The notes below the pieces were generated by a model. That model made no database searches. It worked only from the letters and a program-made list of their open reading frames with translations, and was not told where the DNA came from. The position numbers were made by a program, and so were the translations under genes. Source: Ylistrum balloti (lineage: Eukaryota). Taken from it: DNA of 64,000 nucleotides. The DNA lies in the NCBI RefSeq assembly GCF_031769215.1, contig NW_026781865.1, positions 186,001 through 250,000 on the forward strand, in the 5' to 3' direction. The first letter of the stretch is position 1. Each line of letters starts with the position of its first letter. Positions 37,801 through 47,370 of this stretch are shown piece by piece.

Positions 37801-38026
37801 AAAGGTAGGACAAAAGCATAAAGAGCCGTTCAAAACTGTGCCAAATGGTGAAGATGAGATGGACATCGTTACTAGGAGTGTTCAAAGTGCTGTGACGCCC
37901 GCTTCTACTGTTAATTCTATCAGGAACGAGATCAAGTCAGGTATACCAGACAAAAATGTAGTGACAAGTTTTAGTGGACCTGGACGGAACAGTAGAGCCT
38001 CAGGTTCATTAGTAGATATAGCATAA
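1722..38026 (+). CDS. KIAA1549: KIAA1549/UPF0606-family mucin-like type I membrane protein, ~2045 aa. join(1722-1806,18941-22561,23119-23294,23940-24111,24446-24675,25370-25450,25542-25759,26591-26697,26943-27055,27552-27642,28438-28561,29597-29627,30149-30282,30481-30546,31532-31579,32001-32030,34326-34367,36312-36334,36673-36791,37400-38026)
   Basis: All listed exons have AG/GT boundaries and join in compatible phases into one open frame (6138 nt). Architecture: signal peptide, S/T-rich ectodomain, EDFINRMETGLANL...RRRRA...MAIELQYVV module, TM WIIAVVAAGVTILIVIAIVGLCI, cytoplasmic ARSRMHELLDDAFSLISPS. From memory these match vertebrate KIAA1549/KIAA1549L (EVFQAEMERKLAQL..RRA; EARQTMHSLLDDAFALVAPS). 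Orthology to KIAA1549 versus KIAA1549L is not resolved. Confidence 0.85.
4005..4335 (+). mobile_element. tRNA-derived SINE remnant resembling the Meta-domain SINEs of bivalves
   Basis: Degenerate tRNA-like head, then aaatggtagtc..ctccttgcttgacgttcagcat..atgtgaccgggtgg..ggcatgcttcagtgtggtagcactat and an A/C-rich tail. Family recognised from memory. Confidence 0.55.
4440..7962. repeat. 23-bp satellite, ~150 copies (GGATGCCTTCACTGTAAGGTATA), in intron 1
   Basis: Directly visible tandem array with variant units; an isolated degenerate unit at ~8025-8047. Confidence 0.98.
9410..9710. repeat. Old degenerate ~30-bp minisatellite (cagccatagaaatattc..cttaaacacgg)
   Basis: Recurrent cagccata/aaccat-gaaatattc blocks. 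Confidence 0.5.
9735..10002 (-). mobile_element. tRNA-derived SINE remnant
   Basis: The minus strand begins GGCCAACGATGGCTCAGTTCG (A-box-like), then GATTCGATGC (B-box-like). The plus strand shows aacagccagggtaatttt, typical of mollusc SINE tails. Confidence 0.55.
12641..12792. repeat. 76-bp tandem duplication with a G4 motif in each copy
   Basis: gcaagggtggaggggtaggggatggg...taacaatagatt, twice, with 1 mismatch seen. Confidence 0.95.
14402..14460. repeat. (GAT/ATG)n microsatellite with one interruption
   Basis: 9 ATG + TCG + 9 ATG. Confidence 0.98.
14897..15570. repeat. 28-bp minisatellite, ~24 copies (CAGAGTAACACAGACCAGGTACGGCCTG)
   Basis: Directly visible; explains the overlapping Cys-rich minus-strand ORFs. 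Confidence 0.97.
18941..22561 (+). CDS. Exon 2: 3621-nt Ser/Thr/Pro/Met-rich mucin-like ectodomain
   Basis: ORF 18913-22569; acceptor ctttccacag|CC at 18940 and donor ACA G|gtaaat at 22562. Confidence 0.9.
23119..23294 (+). CDS. Exon 3: start of the UPF0606 SEA-like module, with a polybasic RRRR site
   Basis: ttctttag|AT ... ACA|gtaagt; DVNVPVSTNVSGEDFINRMETGLANLYVTAYSRKRDIDAGSFDNNRRRRAVTKGDITVT. Confidence 0.9.
23940..24111 (+). CDS. Exon 4: second half of the SEA-like module
   Basis: gaacag|ATG ... AAA C|gtaagt; MQDVTRDQTDPENVSMMYTVDK...SDQEMAIELQYVVTKKAK. Confidence 0.9.
24446..24675 (+). CDS. Exon 5: transmembrane helix with KKKK stop-transfer
   Basis: tttacag|CA ... GAC|gtaagt; WIIAVVAAGVTILIVIAIVGLCIATKKKK. 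Confidence 0.9.
25370..25450 (+). CDS. Cytoplasmic exon (IRFVVMNTADGRTEIDYNDLTEGKVLN)
   Basis: tatacag|ATT; donor AAT|gtaagc, with an alternative in-frame donor at 25442. Confidence 0.7.
25542..25759 (+). CDS. Cytoplasmic exon (DEEDIGSS...EHLYAEVKKPKK)
   Basis: ctcgcag|GAC ... GG|gtacga; phase 0 to 2. Confidence 0.8.
26324..26516. repeat. ~78-bp tandem repeat, 2.3 copies, intronic
   Basis: tcatctcca..ggataattcagtcctaacatttcttaaattagaatgatt is repeated. Confidence 0.9.
26591..26697 (+). CDS. Cytoplasmic Lys-rich exon
   Basis: atattag|A TCT CAA ... AAA G|gtaaaa; phase 2 to 1. Confidence 0.8.
26943..27055 (+). CDS. Cytoplasmic exon (DGELEDEEKEVITK...NAYYSAE)
   Basis: tttacag|AC ... GAG|gtaaga. 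Confidence 0.85.
27552..27642 (+). CDS. Cytoplasmic exon, basic coiled-coil-like (EEDELKKRKAAERKKNKQRIREKKKKEKRQ)
   Basis: ttttatag|GAA ... CAA G|gtaata. Confidence 0.85.
28438..28561 (+). CDS. Cytoplasmic exon (DKSADQLMVEYLAAQEEIDSVLEAPP)
   Basis: tttaaag|AT ... GA|gtaagt. Confidence 0.85.
28997..29117. repeat. 42-bp tandem repeat, ~3 copies, intronic
   Basis: acaacgtgtgttagaaacattcggaaatgtgatacacat.. three times. Confidence 0.95.
29597..29627 (+). CDS. 31-nt micro-exon (EPTKSTLQGHD)
   Basis: ttgtttcag|G ... GAT|gtaagt; needed to convert phase 2 to 0. Confidence 0.7.
30149..30282 (+). CDS. Exon carrying the conserved UPF0606 motif ARSRMHELLDDAFSLISPS
   Basis: tcttatag|AAT ... GG|gtaagt; motif recognised from KIAA1549. 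Confidence 0.9.
30481..30546 (+). CDS. 66-nt symmetric exon (FHSPRTQSPRSPRSQLMLLNQ)
   Basis: tttcatgcag|T ... AG|gtatat; phase 2-2. Confidence 0.75.
31532..31579 (+). CDS. 48-nt symmetric micro-exon (NLNKVYPADVDAIPIG)
   Basis: ttgctacag|G ... GG|gtaata; phase 2-2. Confidence 0.7.
32001..32030 (+). CDS. 30-nt symmetric micro-exon (NNREDLELYG)
   Basis: gtttctcag|G ... GG|gtaaaa; phase 2-2. Confidence 0.65.
34326..34367 (+). CDS. 42-nt symmetric micro-exon (SESISVPEDTTSTG; also open in another frame)
   Basis: cctcttcacag|C ... GG|gtaaca. Confidence 0.55.
36312..36334 (+). CDS. 23-nt micro-exon (SYDVRGS)
   Basis: ttttgtttcag|A ... A|gtaagt; converts phase 2 to the phase 1 needed at 36673. Confidence 0.6.
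36673..36791 (+). CDS. Penultimate exon (TTKHSPLKMESYKGEPILQTWSPYRAADQVALISMPNKM)
   Basis: ttttacaag|GT ... ATG|gtaagt. Confidence 0.85.
37400..38026 (+). CDS. Terminal coding exon ending ...ASTVNSIRNEIK...GSLVDIA*
   Basis: gattttag|CAA, open to TAA at 38024-38026, in frame with ORF 37703-38026. Confidence 0.85.
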   Translation, partial: QTTIGRTPSGRTKRPAADLVGKKSKDSVPKPAFLKSRDLISSKGSTVDLSSTKSQNGDVANRTSKSKSVSSENTDEQEGETTEVLQSNDQFEDSKISNENAMLPSIRERKLAKAAKKRAKNGGGGGIEMKLLNGKVGQKHKEPFKTVPNGEDEMDIVTRSVQSAVTPASTVNSIRNEIKSGIPDKNVVTSFSGPGRNSRASGSLVDIA

Positions 38027-40182
38027 CGTCAAACTTAAATATTAGTTCATGTTATGATTGTACAAAAATGTGAATACAATGCTTGTAAGATATCCAAGTA
38101 ATATTTACAATGCATGTCAAAGTGATTAAGATAAATTATTGATTATAATCCTGAACAATTCACCTTCAATTCAAGCCTATTTATCCCTATTGTCAGCTTC
38201 ATTATTTCGAGTGTGGTAATATAGAGCGCGTATTTTATTGGCAATCATAACTTTTTCTGTGTTGAAATATAATTGCCCTAATTGCAAGTTTTATATGTTA
38301 TTTATATAACAATTAATTCCGATGAGCAATCTAATCATTGTGCTAATTTGCCCACTAAAATTGAAAATGCACCAAAAATTGCATGGTGAATCACGAGGAA
38401 TCAGCGATACATTTACGTATGAATCTCCTAAGCATGTTTTTGCGATGAAACTTGTGACTAAAACTGAAAGTCTGTTTATAAAGATTTAGCCACGTTTAGT
38501 GACTGACTATGTTTTAACTGACGACTTACAATTTAAAACAAAAAGAAATCCACTTCTTGAAATATTATTATGTGATGCATTTCGATTTTATTATGTAATT
38601 CTGTCGATTGACACGGGTGAATTAAGATGATTAATTCTGTGATAATTTTTCTGTTTTGACAGTATATTGATTATAGATCATGTTCCGTATATTTATTTTA
38701 TTTATATGATTCAACAACATAGACTGTTGTAGCACCAGCTCATTTCGTTTCATAAAAGTCACTGAAAGCGTTGTATCCGTAAACCTAACTGTGACATATA
38801 TTATGTACAAAATTGGATTACGTATATGATTTTACAAGCTTTGGAAAAAAGTTTTGATATTTGATTTAAAATAATAGTTAAGATTTAATGTTCAAATACT
38901 TAACCAAAGTACCGTTTTATTTGAATGTGTTTTGATGTTCAAATTTTATGTCCGCATGAACTGCGTTCAGATTGATATTGCTTCATCTTAATAGATAACT
39001 AATTGTGATTATACATTATTCCAGTCATTTCACAACAACATAGTAGAATTCACGCATACCTAACATATAGGGAACTTCCTATAAAGCCTACAATCATTAG
39101 TGTTCGTCCTTACATTTGTAGATTATATATTTCTTTTTGCGCTATAATCGAATACTTTATCACATGGTAATTCAATATCTAGAATATTTCCAGAACTCCT
39201 GATATCTAAATTCTGTCAAGAAATCTGTTGCTTTCATTGTTAGTTTTGATTAATAGTTATTATTTATTAATGCCAATTAATGTTGTCCATATTATACATA
39301 TCATAATCATTTTGTTATATTCATTATTTTCCATGACACCTTCGTGATTTTAAACTTGCCATTTTGTTGTTTAGATTTTAAAAATGAGGATGGCATTCGT
39401 TTTTTTTTTTTTTTTTTTGTTATTATTACCACATGTACCATTTGATGAAATGTCATAAAGCATATTGTAAATATGTAACTGACATTCCCAAACAACGTTT
39501 TTACTGAGGCAAATTAAGCCTCAGGTCGATCGTTCAATGACACTACGGTACCGCACACACCGTTCGTAAATATAAATGAATTATTTAAGTTTACTTAATT
39601 TTAGAAAATAATCTAATCGATTATATCAATATATATTCATATGTATTTGTTATTAGAATGAAATAACTTTTTACATCGATGACACATCAGCGTTATACGT
39701 GCTTTGCTGCATTGGCACCAGCTGATGTTTCAGTTTATTTGACTTTTCTCACATGAAGTGTCACAATATGTCAAAATCTGTATAGGTTGTCATTTTCGGG
39801 AATGAAATAAAATCATCAAAATGACTACAATGAAGACGAAAAGATTAATGGTGAATACAGAAGTCACGTATTACGTTTGTAAAAGCATTGATTGTAAGTC
39901 ATATTAATATTTAAAATTTCAAGGATAAATCTAAATGTTGATATTCGTTTTTTACATTTGATTTATCGACATCGTTAAGCAGAACTATATGTCAACGCTA
40001 TTGATGTTTTTTCATAGTTAAAAACTATAACTTATACATGTATATTCACACCTTGGTCGAAAGTATTACATTCAGTATTGATTCATTTACACAAAATGTG
40101 ATTATTGATTTGTTAAGTGAATGGTTTTATACAAAGTGTAAAAATTGCAATGCGATGGAATTTAAAAATCAATCAATTTTCA

Positions 40183-40188
40183 AATAAA
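40183..40188 (+). terminator. Candidate poly(A) signal for the KIAA1549-like gene (3'UTR ~2.2 kb)
   Basis: AATAAA followed by a GT/T-rich tract at ~40203-40220; another AATAAA at 39806. Confidence 0.4.
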
Positions 40189-40758
40189 ATCACAATTTAA
40201 ATTGTTTTTGTGTTTATGTTTAAATGCTTTCCTGACGAACACCATGTTTACTGTACTGCATGTAAAATGTATTATTATAATCGTCCATGTATTTCATCAT
40301 GACTTTTGATGTCCATGCAACTTACTGAATCATATGAGGACGCTTTTCTTGTATGTTTTGATTTAATTATTTTCGCAATATCTTATTATGGCAAAAGGTA
40401 AACCGCATTTTTGATAATTGAAAATTGTATAAAAGACTGATCAGATTTACGTAACAAAATTAGGTTGTTAGGATAATTTGACCTCTTTACAAAATTAGTT
40501 ATCACGCTTTTATCGAGTTATAGCATTAAATATTATGCTAGGGCCTATTTTTGCATGGTAATAAAAAAAAATGGCACAACGGTTCTGATTTCTCTAATAC
40601 AATGTCTATATTTCTTTCAGTATTCACTGGCAGCAGCATAGTTGACGCGTAACAAGTCTGTAAATACTAAGATACTGTTTGATGTCAGATCTCAGGCGAA
40701 ATGTAATCACTATTTGTAAACTATAACACACTAATTTGAGGCTTTCTGACCTAACATC

Positions 40759-42672
40759 ACTCCAGAGTATAAAAGTAAAAATATTACATGTAACCTATGA
40801 TTACAGGACATGTTTTACTCCACGGTATAAAACGAAATGTTACATGTAACCTATGATTACAGGACATGGTTTACTCCACAGTATAAAAACGAAATGTTAC
40901 ATGTAACCTATGATTACAGGACATGGTTTACTCCACAGTATAAAAACGAAATGTTACATGTAACCTATGATTACAGGACATGGTTTACTCCACAGTATAA
41001 AAACGAAATGTTACATGTAACCTATGATTACAGGACATGTTTTACTCCACGGTATAAAACGAAATGTTACATGTAACCTAAGATTACAGGACATGTTTTA
41101 CTCCACGGTATAAAACGAAATGTTACATGTAACCTATGATTACATTACATGGTTTACTCCAGAGTATAAAACGAAATGTTACATGTAACCTATGAGTACA
41201 GGACATGTTTTACTCCACAGTATAAAAACGAAATGTTACATGTAACCTATGATTACAGGACATGTTTTACTCCACGGTATAAAACGAAATGTTACATGTA
41301 ACCTAAGATTACAGGACATGTTTTACTCCACAGTATAAAACGAAATGTTACATGTAACCTATGAGTACAGGACATGTTTTACTCCACAGTATAAAACGAA
41401 ATGTTACATGTAACCTATGATTACAGGACATGTTTTACTCCACGGTATAAAACGAAATGTTACATGTAACCTAAGATTACAGGACATGTTTTACTCCACG
41501 GTATAAAACGAAATGTTACATGTAACCTAAGATTACAGGACATGTTTTACTCCACAGTATAAAACGAAATGTTACATGTAACCTATGAGTACAGGACATG
41601 TTTTACTCCACAGTATAAAACGAAATGTTACATGTAACCTATGAGTACAGGACATGTTTTACTCCACAGTATAAAAACGAAATGTTACATGTAACCTATG
41701 ATTACAGGACATGTTTTACTCCACGGTATAAAACGAAATGTTACATGTAACCTAAGATTACAGGACATGTTTTACTCCACAGTATAAAACGAAATGTTAC
41801 ATGTAACCTATGAGTACAGGACATGTTTTACTCCACAGTATAAAACGAAATGTTACATGTAACCTATGATTACAGGACATGGTTTACTCCACGGTATAAA
41901 ACGAAATGTTACATGTAACCCATGAGTACAGGACATGTTTTACTCCAGAGTATAAAACGAAATGTTACATGTAACCTATGATTACAGGACATGGTTTACT
42001 CCACGGTATTAAACGAAATGTTACATGTAACCTATGATTACAGGACATGTTTTACTCCACAGTATAAAACGAAATGTTACATGTAACCTATGATTACAGG
42101 ACATGGTTTACTCCACGGTATAAAACGAAATGTTACATGTAACCTATGATTACAGGACATGTTTTACTCCACAGTATAAAACGAAATGTTACATGTAACC
42201 TATGATTACAGGACATGGTTTACTCCACAGTATAAAACGAAATGTTACATGTAACCTAAGATTACAGGACATGTTTTACTCCACAGTATAAAACGAAATG
42301 TTACATGTAACCTATGAGTACAGGACATGTTTTACTCCACAGTATAAAACGAAATGTTACATGTAACCTATGAGTACAGGACATGTTTTACTCCACAGTA
42401 TAAAACGAAATGTTACATGTAACCTATGATTACAGGACATGTTTTACTCCACAGTATAAAACGAAATGTTACATGTAACCTATGAGTACAGGACATGTTT
42501 TACTTCACAGTATAAAAACGAAATATCACATGTAACCTAAGATTACAGGACATGTTTTACTCCAGAGTATAAAAACGAAATGGTTCATGTACCCTATGAT
42601 TACGGGACATGTTTTACTTTAGTGTATAAAAACGAAATATCACATGTAACCTATGGTTACAGGACATGTTTT
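40759..42672. repeat. 56/57-bp satellite, ~34 copies (AAAACGAAATGTTACATGTAACCTATGATTACAGGACATGTTTTACTCCACAGTAT)
   Basis: Directly visible; contains the palindrome GTTACATGTAAC. Confidence 0.98.
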
Positions 42673-44293
42673 ATTGACGTTTAAATGTTAATTCTTATCT
42701 ACCTCGATATCGAATAATGGGGTTTTCCTATCTGAATACAGATCTAAGAATAATGTGTTGAATAATCGTCGACATCTGTCACTAGAATACAGTAAATGCT
42801 GATGCTAACGAGTTTCATAAAAGGCAAGAATACAAACAGACAAACAAACAAAAAAACAAACACAAAAAAGCAAAAAAAAAAAAAAAATGATTTGTCATTA
42901 AAAAATGTATAGAAATATATTTATTTGATATATAAGATATATATATAACAATATTTTTATGATATTTTCTTTCCTGCCTTCAATTTTCTAACATGTTAAC
43001 AACGTCCTTATTCAAACTCGACATCGATAAGGCTAGGATATAAAACTGAGTTTGCTGCATTTTTATAAACACGAGACTATGTTTTGAAATAAGGTTTGTG
43101 CATGATTACACTCGTCAAGCCATAGTTCATACAAACAAACAAAAGGGGGATTAATGGAAAAGTATACAGGGAATAATATTAGATATTCCTGAAGGTTAAG
43201 TGTCGTCTGATTCATCGATGTATTTCAAAACGCTCATGAACACGACACTATGTTATAAAATAACCTTTGTGTAGAATGACACGTTGAACAATATCTCAAG
43301 TTGACTTTGTGTTATTTAAAGCAATAGATTAATCATCATTACATTAATGAGTTTTTACATTGTCCTCATAATAAATAATATTAGCAAGAATTATGCCACG
43401 TATATGCCATTGCTTACTCATCCAACAGGTGCCCGTGATTACTAAACCAACAGACTGTCTCGTTCCCACCAATATGTCTTATGAAATGTGAACATTTTAC
43501 AATCTCTCTGTACAGAAGAGGTGTATTATAAAATTGTTTGTGTTATTGAATATTACTTCTCGGGCTCTGATATTCATAAAGTAAAATTCAGATGTGATGG
43601 GAAAATATCAATTATGTATCACGGGACATTGTTATTTGTGCGAAATCACGTAATCATTGGTGTAGCACTTGAAATGTGAGACAAACTTCGATAAGATAAC
43701 AATATAGTAAGGTAATGTTGTGCAATCTTTTTTAAAGTTAAAATCGTTTCTGGTAGCCGATGGTCATTTACGGATATACATGTTGATTTTATGAATTGAA
43801 CAATTTTATAAAAATGGATTGAAGATTTATAAATAAACGTTTTTAAGACGTTGTCTTAATCTATGTTGTGTATTATATAAGTGACTTGCTGAAACCTTAT
43901 CATTACACGACTCTCTAGGCACAGAGATATCGGAAGGATTTCGCGGTTATTGACTTCTGCCAAGAGTTCAATATATAGACAGAAATACAGAAGAGCGTTG
44001 AGGTACCTTAAACGTGTTTCAGTAAGTACATGGTTATATACAAAAAACACTTAAACGCTGTACGTCGATTTTGTTGTAATTGATAAATGTTCTTTAATGC
44101 CATATGCTCATTACAGTTATAACTATAATTCGTTAAAAATAATGAAAAATATCGATGTTCCAGACTTCATACTTCTATCTTTGTAGTAAAGCCCATAGTT
44201 TGTAACTCTTTTTTCTCATGTGGCTGAATTAATATAATGTAACTCTTCCTTGTTCTTATCTATCAGATATTTTCTTTTAAAAATGTTTTCAAT

Positions 44294-44348
44294 ATGCCTC
44301 ATGCTATATGGAAAATGAATCATCGTTCGCTTTCGTTGCCTGAAAAAG
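44294..44348 (+). other. Probable upstream exon of the ShKT gene (5'UTR, or in-frame extension MPHAIWKMNHRSLSLPEK)
   Basis: Phase-1 donor AAA G|gtaggc compatible with acceptor ttttag|AA ATG at 44631. Confidence 0.4.
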
Positions 44349-44632
44349 GTAGGCTGGGATAGATATATAATACTGAATTATTCCGAAACGCATTCTGTGA
44401 TACTACTCTACTGACCAAGGTCAGGACAACAGATAACATAAGTGTAAACTGTTTGAATCGCTGACTTTGCCGAGTCTCTTAACGGCATTAGAAAAAAACT
44501 GTGTGAATGTCAAACCATGGTAGATAGGGAGATGCACTGACCCAATATTCAAGAAACTTTGTAATCGTCAAGTATATATTTTTATTCACACGTCATAACT
44601 GATGATAAATCTTGAGCCTTTCTGTTTTAGAA

Positions 44633-46930
44633 ATGACGTTCTATGTTGTAATCCTGATCCTGATGGCAACATTCTGCAAAGGTGATAAACAATATATATT
44701 ACATACAAAGTGCTTCATACCACATCAACAATACAACAAATACTATTGTCGATGGTGAAGTCAGCAATGTTTTCAAGAACCTGTGCCAATCTGTTACTCT
44801 CATTGCATATATACCATCCCTTTGTATTAAATCAATGTGTGTTATCCGTTATATACAGGTTGATAAACAATTTGCGAGGAAGTTTGAAATTTGCTTTACA
44901 TAAACGTTTGATTTGACTACCACCGTTTTTTTTTTTTTTTTTTTTTTGAAAACTGATTTTAAAATCATTCTGACAGGAGTTTATGAAACACTTCTCGTTT
45001 TGACAATTAGTGATATCCTAGTGTATGTATTTAACCTCGTTTAATTTCATAAATCCCATGACAATTGCAATGCATGTTAATATATTAATTAATATTCAGT
45101 AGGATCTATCAGAAAAAAAAACATCCAGATTTCCATTTGAGAATAGAGAATTCTTTAAAATCAGTCAATGAATCTTCAATTTTGTTTTTACAGTTGCTCA
45201 ATTCACAAACATTGCTAACGTGCCATATTAAAATCGAGGCAGCAAAACTTTCAAAGAATGCCTTCATTTGTCGGTTATGTACTGATATTATATATGTTAC
45301 CTTTACAAAATGTAAACTTTCTTGTTCAATACAAAAGCATATGAAATGAGATTTAATTCCGCTGATCATTATAGTATTATATCTATATTATACAGAAATG
45401 AGTTCTGTTGCTAAGACAAGAGATGTAATGACACCGGTTTTGTCTACTACGGCAACGACAGAATGTGTCGACGTGTTTCACCATTGCAAAGCCTTTAACA
45501 CAACAGCATGTGACGCCAACCATCAAAGCTGGGCCAAAAAGTATTGCGCTAAGTACTGCAGTCTATGCGGTAAGCTACACATTTGTTTGTTTGTTTTTTG
45601 TTTTTGTTTTTTTTTTGTTTTGTCTTTGTAATACGGCATTCTAAAAGAATTCTTAAAGCACAATAAACAAAACGTTTGAGTATGGATTTTCAATTCTCCA
45701 CTACCAACATCACAAATGTATAAGTTTTGTATCAAGTAGGAGGATATTATTTCCAAAAGTCATGTTTGTTAAATATATTGTTACATAAGACTTCAAAGTA
45801 CTTGTGTCTTATTTTGATGTTAAGACATATTGTCATACCATAAGGATATAAACGATAGAATCGTAACATGCGTGCAGCTGGAATCGGTGTATTTTGTAGA
45901 TGACGCTTGTGTTGATGTCGAGCCTAACTGTGAGACATATGGCTTGGCTGCTTGTCAAATGGCATTCACATCTTGGGCCGCAAATAATTGTGCCCGCTTC
46001 TGCGGATTATGCGGTGAGTTTTAAACTGCTGAATATTTCTTGTTACCGGATTCGTAAAATTGATTACATCTCTGCATTAAACCTTGTTTTGTTGTCCAAT
46101 GAGCTCTTCAAAATAAATTTACACTGCTTAAAAATTTACATTGCTTTGTAACTAGTTTGTGTTAAACATAAGAGTTTTGTTTCGGTATAATTATAAAGTT
46201 AGGTATAATATGAAATAAAAGTGTTCCGAAATGATTCCGTAACCATTTAATGTGATCATGCATTTTTCAATAAATGACTATTTGAAAATCTTCAAAACTA
46301 AGATTGTTTATATACGGTATTCTTAGTGACATACCCATAAGAAACGCTTTGTGTTAAACATCTGCTAATTTTCAGTGAATGCAGAAATACCTACCCCACC
46401 AAGCGGGGCAATGCCTTCCCGCGCTGGTTGTCATGACACACAAAACTGCACTGCTTATTCTCATGATGTGTGCACGAAATATAATATATGGGCCCGTCAA
46501 CACTGCGCATCATTTTGCGGATTCTGCAGTAAGGATTTAACTAATTATTTTGTTAACCCAGAAACGAATGCTGCGAGATTTTCAAGACAATTCTAATTTA
46601 TCTACTGTTTTGTTAAGCGCTTTTCAGTTTCGTAAGCGGTATTTACATATTGGCACAATAATCAAGAGATATTTTTATAGGAAATTGTTAGTAACAACTA
46701 TATAATACAATATAATAGAAATACATTCATGCAAATGAGTGAAATGCTCTATCGAAGTCATTCTTGGTTTTATACTAGTATTGAGACTATTGAAAGTCAT
46801 ACTATTAAATTCTCTATGTATTGTATGTTCGGACATATATTAATGAAACCACTTATACCTTAAATGCAAAAATACAGATTTCTGACCTAGTTTTCAATTT
46901 GAAAATGTTTTGTTCTTTGTTTCAGGCTAA
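44633..46930 (+). CDS. Secreted protein with three ShKT (ShK toxin-like) domains, ~164 aa. join(44633-44681,45396-45569,45900-46013,46376-46528,46926-46930)
   Basis: Signal peptide MTFYVVILILMATFCKE, then three six-Cys modules: CVDVFHHC..CAKYCSLC and CVDVEPNC..CARFCGLC (both C-x6-C-x7-C-x11-C-x3-C-x2-C) and CHDTQNC..CASFCGFC (C-x5-C-x7-C-x9-C-x3-C-x2-C). All introns are phase 1 with canonical sites. AATAAA at 47030. Confidence 0.9.
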
Positions 46931-47029
46931 GTTAAGAGAATTTATGTAAACAATGCCTACACCAGCCGCAAATACATGTACATCGAGTTTAGTATCCATG
47001 CTATCTTATTAGACTTCAATTTGATGTGA

Positions 47030-47035
47030 AATAAA
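47030..47035 (+). terminator. Poly(A) signal of the ShKT gene
   Basis: AATAAA 100 nt after the TAA stop. Confidence 0.6.
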
Positions 47036-47129
47036 AAGAGGTTTTCGCAATATATCTCTATTTTGTCTCCTTTCATTTCTATATTTCAAACAAAATGCAA
47101 TCAAGTGAAACGTATCCAAATCAAAGTAG

Positions 47130-47370
47130 AAATATATGGAGGAAAATATCATAAAATGATCGAGTTTCTGGTTAAAACATCTTCGTCGGCGGTAAAATCT
47201 TCCAACAGACTATTGACATACCTATGGAGACCAACTGTGCCCCTCTGTTGGCTGACTCGTTTTCATACGAGTCAGAACTTGGATTGGCCAAGGTTTACAT
47301 AGCGGGTGTCGTCGATGAAGTATAAGACTATTACTCTTCCGGACCACCTGGTCTTATTCTCCATGTACGT
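47130..47370 (+). mobile_element. Penelope-like retroelement remnant (RT fragment joined to terminal-repeat sequence)
   Basis: Frameshifted KMIEFLV/NIFVGGKIFQQTIDIPMETNCAPLLADSFSYESE matches the PLE RT motif IPMGTNCAPLLADLFLYSYE. It is followed by gcgggtgt..ttactcttccggaccacctggtc, typical of bivalve PLE ends (from memory). Confidence 0.7.

Noticed and set aside
40837-41076. ORF with a 19-aa repeat (MLHVTYDYRTWFTPQYKNE)
   Set aside because: It comes from a run of 57-bp satellite units and is broken wherever units are 56 bp.
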